Made by a program: the position numbers and the translations under genes. DNA of 54,353 bases, from IMG/VR virus record IMGVR_UViG_3300028706_000007, positions 1 to 54,353 of that record. One strand, 5' to 3'. A model generated the notes under the pieces. That model saw nothing but the letters and a program-made list of their open reading frames with translations. It was not told the origin of the DNA and made no database searches. The stretch is from a virus (taxonomy: Duplodnaviria > Caudoviricetes). Shown here piece after piece: positions 20,033 through 28,531 of the stretch; the first letter of the stretch is position 1, and each line of letters opens with the position of its first letter.

Positions 20033-20932
20033 TTGCCACGTAAAAGAAATTATTTAAACAACAAAGATATACTAACACAAATTCATTTAAGTAAAAATTC
20101 ATATTGTACATTTATTAACCCAGCAGAGGATAATATGTATGATTTAATTTTGGAAGACGCAAACAAAATTAATATTAGAACCCTAAAACAAGCAAGGGAA
20201 GATCGTGCTAAACGATTGTCAAAGGAATCAGGGGAAATAATAGACCCAAAAACTATAACAAATCAAGATATCATTATCAGAATAATGACAACCGAACATA
20301 TTCCGCTTGTTCCAAAAAGAAAACAAAAATCACAACCAAAATCACAAAAAGAAAGTATTAATGATGTATTATCGTTGGTAGACCCAGACTTATCAGATGA
20401 CATCATTGAATGCGATGACAATGATTGCCCAGATGATGTGGAAATGGCACCAATGAAATGTGGATTTCCAGCATTTTTTCATTATAGAATAGATGAGAAT
20501 AAAGAACCTTACATAGTAGGAAAAAGCCATTGGAAAGGTAGTTTAAAGAACGGTGAATTTAATATGCAGCACGGCAGAGTAACAGATGAGTTAGCTAAAA
20601 TGTATATGAAACTATGCGAAAGATATGCTACAAGAAGCAATTGGCGTGGATACACATACAATGATGAAATGCGAGGACAAGCATTAGTGCAATTATCGCA
20701 GATCGGATTGCAATTCAACGAATTTAAAAGTCAGAACCCATTTGCTTACTATACTGCTGTTATTACTAATTCTTTTACTAGAATCCTAAATAATGAAAAG
20801 AAAATGCAAAATATCAGAGATGACATTTTAGAAGAAAATGGTTTAGATCCGAGCTGGACGAGGCAAATGGCAAATGATGCAGAAATTGAAGAATCAAGAA
20901 AAAATAGAGTTAAACAACTTAATATCCCGTAA
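20033..20932 (+). CDS. Late transcription sigma factor (T4 gp55-like), ~299 aa
   Basis: NYLNNKD and RYATRSNWRGYTYNDEM...FNEFKSQNPFAYYTAVITNSFTRIL are gp55 signatures. The start is reassigned to TTG 20033 after AAGGAGAGG, because the track start (19997) lies inside the promoter. Confidence 0.9.
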   Translation: MPRKRNYLNNKDILTQIHLSKNSYCTFINPAEDNMYDLILEDANKINIRTLKQAREDRAKRLSKESGEIIDPKTITNQDIIIRIMTTEHIPLVPKRKQKSQPKSQKESINDVLSLVDPDLSDDIIECDDNDCPDDVEMAPMKCGFPAFFHYRIDENKEPYIVGKSHWKGSLKNGEFNMQHGRVTDELAKMYMKLCERYATRSNWRGYTYNDEMRGQALVQLSQIGLQFNEFKSQNPFAYYTAVITNSFTRILNNEKKMQNIRDDILEENGLDPSWTRQMANDAEIEESRKNRVKQLNIP

Positions 20933-22610
20933 ATACTTAACAGTAAAACATATCAAAGAAAGTTGCTTTGGGGATATAACTTTTCCCAAAGCAATTAGCA
21001 ATGCTAGGCAAATATTATGGCATATTAGCAATAGCATTGATTCAGTGCCATTATGTCCTGTTTGTAGTTCTGAACTTGGATGGCATCCTGACAAAAGAAG
21101 ATACCGTGATTTTTGCAGTCAGAAATGCACTGGTATAGGAACTAAAGAAAAAGCAGTACAAACATCCAAAGACAATAATGGTGGTGTACACCACACACAA
21201 ACACAAGAATATAGAGATAAAGTAAAAGAAACCTCATTAAAAAGGTTTAATACAGAACATTATAGCAAAACTAGTGAATATCACCAACGAGTGATAAGTT
21301 CAAATTTAAAAACATTTGGGGCAGAATACCCTGCACAATCATCGACTGTATTAGACAAAATGAAATCAACCTCAGTGGAACGATTTGGTGTTGATAATTA
21401 CGCAAAAACCGATGAATGTCGCAATAAAACAGTTGCTACTAATTTAGAACGATATGGATTCGCAAATCCAACGCAGAATGCAGATATCCAATCAAAAACC
21501 AGATCAACCAATTTTGATCGCTATGGGGCAAATTACCCAACACAAAATGAAGCCATAATGACAAAAATAGTGGACACTCGCAGAAAAAACTACTACAGCG
21601 AAGACACATTAAGAAAACTAAATGATATTGATTGGTTATCAAATGAACAAAAAACGAGAACTATACAATCAATAGCAGGGGGGTTGGACATCAGCCCTTC
21701 AAATTTAGGAAAATTCTATATGAACTACCGAATTCCTATCACCAACGTTAATCCTCATACATCAGATGCTGAAAAAGAAGTGGTTGCTTTTATTCAAACA
21801 TTGGGTATTACAAACATCATACAGAATGATAAAACCACAATAAGTCCAAAAGAGCTAGACATATTAATACCAGATCACAACTTAGCAATTGAATTCAATG
21901 GCACTTACTGGCATACACAAGGAAAAGGAAAAGATAAACAATACCACCTATCAAAAACAACGGCTTGTGAGTCTAAAGGCATTCAATTATTACATATATC
22001 TGATTTTGAATGGAGTAATCCAGTATCCCAATCAATTTGGAAAAGTATGATTTCGGTTCGTTTACAAAGAGCTAATAGAATATATGCTAGGAAATGCAAA
22101 TTAAAAGAAGTATCAACCAAGGATGCAACTCAGTTCATGAAGAACAATCACTTAGAAGGATTTGTGGGTGGTGGGATTAAATTGGGATTATATCATCGTG
22201 ATATATTAGTCCAATGTATCATCGTTGGCAAGTCTAGGTTTAACAAACGATATCAGAATGAGTTAATTCGTTCTGCAACATTGGTAAATACCGTAGTCAT
22301 CGGAGGATTAAGTAGATTAATCAAAAACATAAAAGGGTCATTAATTTCGTATGCCAATCGTAAGTATGCGAACGGCAAGGGTTATAATGCAATCGGGATG
22401 GTCCAACAGCAGAGCAGTCCCCCAAATTATGTAGTCACTACCAAAAATGGATTAATCGTAGGGTCAAGATATAAGTTCCAAAAACACAAACTAGATAATT
22501 TATTGGATAAATTTGACCCCAATATGTCAGGGTGGTCTAACATTCAAGCGAATGGATATGATCGCATATGGGATTGTGGGAATTTAGTATATACATTGAA
22601 TGCAAAATAG
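20874..22610 (+). CDS. Putative free-standing homing endonuclease (Zn-finger, ERFG/ERYG repeats, PD-(D/E)xK/Vsr-like domain, IYARKC domain), 578 aa
   Basis: CPVC...FCSQKC; repeats KRFNTEHY / ERFGVDNY / ERYGFANP / DRYGANYP; ELDILIPDHNLAIEFNGTYWH; IYARKC...WDCG. Inserted between gp55 and gp47. Confidence 0.7.
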   Translation: MMQKLKNQEKIELNNLISRKYLTVKHIKESCFGDITFPKAISNARQILWHISNSIDSVPLCPVCSSELGWHPDKRRYRDFCSQKCTGIGTKEKAVQTSKDNNGGVHHTQTQEYRDKVKETSLKRFNTEHYSKTSEYHQRVISSNLKTFGAEYPAQSSTVLDKMKSTSVERFGVDNYAKTDECRNKTVATNLERYGFANPTQNADIQSKTRSTNFDRYGANYPTQNEAIMTKIVDTRRKNYYSEDTLRKLNDIDWLSNEQKTRTIQSIAGGLDISPSNLGKFYMNYRIPITNVNPHTSDAEKEVVAFIQTLGITNIIQNDKTTISPKELDILIPDHNLAIEFNGTYWHTQGKGKDKQYHLSKTTACESKGIQLLHISDFEWSNPVSQSIWKSMISVRLQRANRIYARKCKLKEVSTKDATQFMKNNHLEGFVGGGIKLGLYHRDILVQCIIVGKSRFNKRYQNELIRSATLVNTVVIGGLSRLIKNIKGSLISYANRKYANGKGYNAIGMVQQQSSPPNYVVTTKNGLIVGSRYKFQKHKLDNLLDKFDPNMSGWSNIQANGYDRIWDCGNLVYTLNAK

Positions 22611-22624
22611 TATATAATACACCA

Positions 22625-23635
22625 ATGGCAAATTTATTTAAAAAAGCACTAGTCTTCAGTGATATTCACCTTGGACTAAAAAACAATAGCATCACGCATA
22701 ATGAAGATTGTAAAAACTTCATTGATTGGGCAATAGAAATTGCTAAGAAAGAAAAATGCGAAACTGGTTTATTTCTAGGTGATTGGCATCATAATCGTGC
22801 AAGTATCAACCTGCATACATTGAGTTATAGTCTTAATGCACTAGAGAAACTAAGTACCGCGTTTGAAAACTTTTACTTTTTACCAGGAAATCATGATTTA
22901 TATTACAGAGACAAGCGTGATATTCACGGTGCTGAATGGGCAAAACATTTACCTAATATCAAAGTAATAAACGAATGGTTCATTGAAGACAATGTAGCCA
23001 TTATCCCGTGGTTAGTTCAAGATGATTACAAAAAAGTCAAAAAAGTAAAAGCCAAGTATGTATTTGGTCATTTTGAGTTACCACATTTTAAAATGAATGC
23101 TAATATTTCAATGCCTGATACTGGCGAAGTTAACGCCAAGGATTTTACTAAAATAGATCGTGTCTTTTCTGGACATTTCCATATGCGCCAGAAACAAGAA
23201 AATATTGAGTACATTGGCAATTGTTTCCCACATAATTTTGCTGATACTGATGATGTTGATCGTGGATGTATGACATTAGAATGGGACAAAGAACCAAAAT
23301 ATCATAATTGGGAAAATGCACCACTATATAAGGTGACCACATTAAGTGCTATTTTAGAAAATTCAGAAATATTAAAACCCAATATGTATGTTCGTGCAGT
23401 AACTGATGTTGAGATTAGTTATGAAGAATCAATGCTTTTAAAGGAACAATGCATGAAGGACAATAATTTACGGGCACTGACATTAATTTCAGAACAGACA
23501 ATAACAGATGATGAATTAGTTGATGTGAATACACAGATACAATCAGTAGATGAAATAATCAGTACCCAGCTAACAAATATCACATCTGAGTCATATGACT
23601 CCAATTTATTAATTAAAATATACCAAAATTTATGA
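22625..23635 (+). CDS. Recombination endonuclease subunit (T4 gp47/Mre11/SbcD-like), ~336 aa
   Basis: Metallophosphoesterase motifs SDIHLG, LGDWHH, GNHD, GHFE and SGHFH. Start taken at MANLFKK. Confidence 0.92.
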   Translation: MANLFKKALVFSDIHLGLKNNSITHNEDCKNFIDWAIEIAKKEKCETGLFLGDWHHNRASINLHTLSYSLNALEKLSTAFENFYFLPGNHDLYYRDKRDIHGAEWAKHLPNIKVINEWFIEDNVAIIPWLVQDDYKKVKKVKAKYVFGHFELPHFKMNANISMPDTGEVNAKDFTKIDRVFSGHFHMRQKQENIEYIGNCFPHNFADTDDVDRGCMTLEWDKEPKYHNWENAPLYKVTTLSAILENSEILKPNMYVRAVTDVEISYEESMLLKEQCMKDNNLRALTLISEQTITDDELVDVNTQIQSVDEIISTQLTNITSESYDSNLLIKIYQNL

Positions 23636-25764
23636 TTAAATTCAAAAACTTAACAATAAAAAACTTCATGAGTATCGGAAATGCTACTCAGGCAATATCA
23701 TTGGATCGTACCGATTTAACATTAGTACTCGGTGAGAACCTAGATCTAGGTAGCAATGGGTCAAGAAATGGTGTTGGAAAAACATCTCTCATTAATGCAT
23801 TAAGCTATGCATTATACGGTGGTGCATTGACCAATATCAAAAAACCCAACCTAATAAATAAAACAAATGTAAAAAATATGTTGGTTAGTATTGATTTTAC
23901 GAAAGACAATAAAGCCTACAGGATAGAGCGAGGAAGAAAACCGAATGTGCTTCGATTCTTTATTAATGATGAAGAACACATGGATGATGACGCACAAGGT
24001 GATAGCAGAGAGACACAGATGTTAATTACCTCTGTATTAGGGTTAAGCCATGCAATGTTTAAACATATAGTAGCACTCAATACATACACTGTGCCATTCT
24101 TAAATCTTAGCGTGAAAGACCAACGTGAAATTATCGAAGAACTGATGGGGATCACTCTTTTATCAGAGAAAGCACTAATGCTGAGAGATGAAATCAAGGA
24201 ATCAAAAGATATCATCAAAGAAGAAGATATTATCATTGCAACTATCAGTAACACCAATGCAAAGATACAAGAACAAATCACAAGCATAAAGATAAGCGAA
24301 ACTGAATGGGATACATCTCATATTGATACCATTGCTAGTTTATCCAATGATATAAAGGATTTGCAATCAATAGATATTGACGGCGAGATCAATAATCATG
24401 GGCTAGTAGATGAATGGAACATTGAACAAGATGAATTGAAACATATACTTAGTGTTGAATTGGAGGAATATAACCAACTAACTGATCAACTTCAAAAGCA
24501 ATACATCACCGATTTAGCTGAGTACAACAATGTAAAAGATTTACATCAGAAGCAATACAATGATGAGTTGGGGAACTACAACACATTATCTCGTGATGAA
24601 GCAGATGCACATCAGCTAATGGTTACAGCATTACAATCCACCTACACTGATCAGCTACAAGAGTTTGAGTCATATGAAAGTATGTTAACTGTGTACAACG
24701 ATAAACATAATGACCTCGAAGTATTAAATCAACAAAAAAGTGAGGTGTCTAATAACATTACAATTACCCAAGGTAATAAATGTCCATTATGCAAGCAAGA
24801 TGTTGATGATCACAACCACACCGACTTACTGAAAAAGTTATCAGATGAGTTAAGTGTCATAGAGGATAAAATGGATACTCTCTCTGATGCCATATCGGAG
24901 TTAGAAACCACTATCACTAGCACAAATGAAGTTATTAGACCGAATGAACCTATTTTACCTGAATTAACTAGTGAACTCACTAAACCGACACTAACTGCAT
25001 TAGGTGTTGATATTCCAACACTAACAAAACCGAAAATAAGCAAACCTGTAATGGGGATTGGTAAAACTAAACCAATAACATTATATGATACATTAAAGCA
25101 AGCACTAGAACATAAAAATTTACTTGGTAATTTACAGGTCAAGTTAGCAGACGAAGAAAAAGAGCCTAATCCATATACCATTCAAGTCAAGGACATGGAG
25201 ACTAATCTAATACAAACAATTAATTACGATATCATCAATGAAACAGCGATATTACTAGATCATCAGGATTTCTTGTTAAAATTACTTACCAATAAGGATA
25301 GTTTTATTCGTAAATCCATCATTGAACAAAATTTAGGATATCTGAATACTAGGTTATCATTTTATACGGCTAAAATTGGGTTACATCAGGAAGTCAAGTT
25401 CATTAATGATTTATCTGTTGAAATCACAGAAATGGGGCAGGATTTAGATTTTGATAATCTATCACGAGGCGAGCGTAATCGAGTTATATTATCATTAAGT
25501 TGGTCATTTCGTGATGTATGGGAGAGTTTATACACACCAATTAATGCTATTTTCATTGATGAAGTCATAGATTCTGGGATGGATGCAATCGGTGTTGAGA
25601 ACAGCTTATCTATTCTCAAAGGAATGGCACATGAACGACAAAAGAGTTTATGGTTAATTAGTCATAAAGATGAACTAGCTAGCAGAGTAAATAATGTATT
25701 AACTGTTACGAAAGAAGATGGGTTTACTACATTCAACGACGGGGAGCAATATGATGCCATTTAA
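23632..25764 (+). CDS. Recombination ATPase (T4 gp46/Rad50/SbcC-like), 710 aa
   Basis: KNFMSIG, Walker A NGVGKTS, zinc hook CPLC, signature LSRGE, Walker B IFIDEVID and ISHK. Confidence 0.95.
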   Translation: MIKFKNLTIKNFMSIGNATQAISLDRTDLTLVLGENLDLGSNGSRNGVGKTSLINALSYALYGGALTNIKKPNLINKTNVKNMLVSIDFTKDNKAYRIERGRKPNVLRFFINDEEHMDDDAQGDSRETQMLITSVLGLSHAMFKHIVALNTYTVPFLNLSVKDQREIIEELMGITLLSEKALMLRDEIKESKDIIKEEDIIIATISNTNAKIQEQITSIKISETEWDTSHIDTIASLSNDIKDLQSIDIDGEINNHGLVDEWNIEQDELKHILSVELEEYNQLTDQLQKQYITDLAEYNNVKDLHQKQYNDELGNYNTLSRDEADAHQLMVTALQSTYTDQLQEFESYESMLTVYNDKHNDLEVLNQQKSEVSNNITITQGNKCPLCKQDVDDHNHTDLLKKLSDELSVIEDKMDTLSDAISELETTITSTNEVIRPNEPILPELTSELTKPTLTALGVDIPTLTKPKISKPVMGIGKTKPITLYDTLKQALEHKNLLGNLQVKLADEEKEPNPYTIQVKDMETNLIQTINYDIINETAILLDHQDFLLKLLTNKDSFIRKSIIEQNLGYLNTRLSFYTAKIGLHQEVKFINDLSVEITEMGQDLDFDNLSRGERNRVILSLSWSFRDVWESLYTPINAIFIDEVIDSGMDAIGVENSLSILKGMAHERQKSLWLISHKDELASRVNNVLTVTKEDGFTTFNDGEQYDAI

Positions 25765-27526
25765 ACTAGCAAATATCACCGAATACCAATTAGAAATTAC
25801 ATCAGGGTGCAATGCTAGTTGTCCACAGTGCCCTAGAAATATTAACGGGGGTAATGTGAACCCATATTTAGATGTATCACACTTATCACAATACGCAATT
25901 GAAACTGCATTTACTAAAGAAATATGTGAATCTACCAAACGAATATTTTTTTGCGGTAGTTATGGCGATCCCATTGTTCATCCCGACTTCTTAGCTATTT
26001 TAGCAGCCTTTAGAAGAAAAAACCCAACACTATGGTTGTTTATACACACCAATGGCAGTGTCCACAACGCATCATATTGGAAAAAAATGGCAGGTATAAT
26101 AGGTGATTATGGTCACATTGACTTTAATATTGATGGATTAGCTGATACTAACCATATATACCGTAGAAATACCGATTTTAATACAATCATAGACAATGCC
26201 CAAACATTTATTAATAATGGGGGTAAAGCAAATTGGAACTTTATAGTGTATAAACACAACGAACACCAAGTCGATGAAGCACGGTTGTTATCTTCCATAA
26301 TAGGTTTCAGCGAATTCAAAACAAGGTCTACTGGGCGGTTTTTAAACCATTGCACAATGGAAGAAATGGATGGATGGCCTATAGAAAATAGATTAGGTGA
26401 ACAAGTAGGTATACTGGAGGTTCCACTCAATGAAGAATACCACAATAAAAGTTTAGCGGCGTTGCCTAAACTCAAACAAGAAACCAATATATCAGAATAT
26501 TTCAACAATACACGCATCCAGTGTGATGCACTAAACGAACACAACGCAAATAATGATTACAACAAAAAAGATGAAGGCAAAGTATTAATAAATGCTGATG
26601 GGTGGGTAATGCCTTGTAATTTTTTCAATCATAATTTACATGATGCTAGATTCCACGACCGGTATATACTTCCAGGTAGCAATGATTTAAGTTTTTTGCC
26701 AAACGGAAAGAACCAAATACAAGATCTCTTTAGCAGACACAATGCAAAATCAGAGTTGAATATTAACCATACTTCATTGCATAACATATTTCAAAATAGC
26801 TTCTGGGATGAAATTACCGATGGGTTTGATAAAAATATCAATGATGGTCGCATATTCGAATGTGCCATGACATGTGGTGAAGAATTGCACAAAGTATGGG
26901 ATCAGGTTCCTCCTTCGACACCAGCATTCTTGATAACCGGTGGCAATAGAGGATTAGGATTAGAAATAAAAAATAATTTCAATGGAACATCAATTGCTAG
27001 GTCAGAAGACAACGATATCATGGCAGATATAACTAGTAATAGTGATTTAGAACGCATAGCATTGGAAAGTTTAAAGTATGATGTTTTTGTGAATTGTGCG
27101 TTTGATGGGCCACCTGGTGAAGAATGGACTAATTTCGCCCAAGTTAACCTACTAATAAAAATATATGACATTTGGAAAGAAAATAATAAAGAAGGTCACA
27201 TAATAAACATTGGTAGCATCGGTGAAAAGAATATAGTCGCACCAGAACCAACATTCGAACGGTATAGAATAGCAAAATCAGCATTAGCACATGCTAGTAA
27301 ACAGTGCACCAACGCATTTAAGAACGATTTTGTTAAATTCAGAACAAGTTTATTATCCATTGATAGGCTTGATACACCCATTACTAGGTCAAATAAATCA
27401 TGGACGGGTAATGGATTAGATTGCGGTGATGTAATAAAATCCATAGAATATATTTTAAGCATAAACAGTAATACATGCATTGAAGAAATAGTTTCATGGG
27501 TAAATTACAAATACAAAGGCACGTAA
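25751..27526 (+). CDS. Radical SAM enzyme fused to a short-chain dehydrogenase/reductase, ~591 aa
   Basis: CNASCPQC (CxxxCxxC), GSYGDP, HTNG, IDG and extra Cys (IQCD, MPCNF, ECAMTCG), followed by LITGGNRGLG, VFVNCA, IINIGS and YRIAK. Start at ATG 25751/25754 after GGGGAG. Confidence 0.85.
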   Translation: MMPFKLANITEYQLEITSGCNASCPQCPRNINGGNVNPYLDVSHLSQYAIETAFTKEICESTKRIFFCGSYGDPIVHPDFLAILAAFRRKNPTLWLFIHTNGSVHNASYWKKMAGIIGDYGHIDFNIDGLADTNHIYRRNTDFNTIIDNAQTFINNGGKANWNFIVYKHNEHQVDEARLLSSIIGFSEFKTRSTGRFLNHCTMEEMDGWPIENRLGEQVGILEVPLNEEYHNKSLAALPKLKQETNISEYFNNTRIQCDALNEHNANNDYNKKDEGKVLINADGWVMPCNFFNHNLHDARFHDRYILPGSNDLSFLPNGKNQIQDLFSRHNAKSELNINHTSLHNIFQNSFWDEITDGFDKNINDGRIFECAMTCGEELHKVWDQVPPSTPAFLITGGNRGLGLEIKNNFNGTSIARSEDNDIMADITSNSDLERIALESLKYDVFVNCAFDGPPGEEWTNFAQVNLLIKIYDIWKENNKEGHIINIGSIGEKNIVAPEPTFERYRIAKSALAHASKQCTNAFKNDFVKFRTSLLSIDRLDTPITRSNKSWTGNGLDCGDVIKSIEYILSINSNTCIEEIVSWVNYKYKGT

Positions 27527-27580
27527 CAAAGGCATATAACAAAGGCATATAACAAAGGCATATAACAAAGGCATATAACA
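27513..27580 (+). repeat. 13-bp tandem repeat ACAAAGGCATATA, 5 copies
   Basis: One variant copy (ACAAAGGCACGTA, 27513-27525, overlapping the stop codon), four perfect copies (27526-27577) and a trailing ACA. Confidence 0.95.
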
Positions 27581-27609
27581 CATTTTTTGGTCTATAATCT
27601 ATTGATAGT

Positions 27610-28210
27610 CTAGCTTGGGACGGTTAACACAAGCGGTAACACTCCCCACAAGTGGAGGACACCTAATCCCTGGGCAATAGCAGGGATCATAGCTACTACC
27701 CCTCTGGGGATGAAGATGCAATGCGCCTCGTATTAATGCGTTTAGCTATGAGATAAGGATACGATTATAGGCTAAAAGATGTTGCTCTGAAAGAAAAAAG
27801 ATTCAACAACAAATTCAAATAATGTGTTTCGATAGTGAATATTATTTGAATTCCCGTCATAAATGTAATTATTGGTAGTAAGGAGAATGAACCCAATTGT
27901 ATTACGCAAAGTTCTAGGGTAGAAGGTATTCGGATGACCGCCTTCGTGTTTATGTGTATAGACCATAAACAATCCCTTATCACATCTGTCCGACCGCGGC
28001 TCACACGAAGAGTAGGCTATTGGATTTAACTTTGTTTGTCCATCGGATAGGCAAAGTTTGTCCAAAAGGTCTACACGAATATATAAGGTCAACCAATAAC
28101 ATAAAATACAATTGGCATAGTAATATTACCTTAATTAATCTATATACCGTATCATTGGAATTAAAAATGGGAATGAGTGCCAACGAGTTCCCAGATGCCG
28201 TAAGGCATCT
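27610..28210 (+). ncRNA. Candidate large structured non-coding RNA (class not recognised)
   Basis: At least 10 helices visible by eye in a gap with no credible gene. G-U wobbles and a GNRA loop are compatible with the plus strand. See findings. Confidence 0.6.
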
Positions 28211-28307
28211 CTACACTATTAATATAATTTAACACTTTGGTATATGTAAGGATAGGTTTAATATATAGCGACCTATTAGAAATAAAATAGGTTTATCATC
28301 TATTCTA

Positions 28308-28493
28308 TTAAAAATAAGGTAATCCTGTTTTCTTGGTAGTTTCTAAATTATCTTTAATGATCTTATTAATTGTAGACCTTTCATCGTATGATAGCTGAAG
28401 TGCTTGCACATATGAAACTCCACCACGCATGTTCCAACTGATCCTTAATGCTTCCTCCCTTATGCTATTAGCTTCCTTTTCCATGCCATCCAA
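28308..28493 (-). CDS. gp51-like small baseplate hub assembly protein; possibly the C-terminal part of a -1 frameshift product of the upstream gene
   Basis: ISWNMRGGVSYVQALQLSYDERSTINKII resembles gp51 / tail-chaperone T-frame domains. The frame is open upstream through the slippery site at 28538-28547, and no strong SD precedes the TTG/ATG. Confidence 0.65.
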   Translation of the reverse strand: MDGMEKEANSIREEALRISWNMRGGVSYVQALQLSYDERSTINKIIKDNLETTKKTGLPYF

Positions 28494-28531
28494 CTCTTTA
28501 CTGATATCTTCTGCACTAGAAACTAATAGCT

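Noticed and set aside
27513-27580. Mini-CRISPR array
   Set aside because: The 13-bp units are directly adjacent with no spacers.
27610-28210. Group I/II intron, tmRNA, RNase P or tRNA identity for the structured region
   Set aside because: No flanking gene is interrupted, and I could not find a group II domain V, a group I P7 core, tRNA-like ends or the RNase P GAGGAAAGUCC motif by eye. A covariance search is still needed.
27765-28232. ORFs 27772..28092, 27765..28004, 28001..28183 and 28020..28232
   Set aside because: They are short, mutually overlapping, and lack SD sites or recognisable motifs. The dense helix pattern explains the region better.
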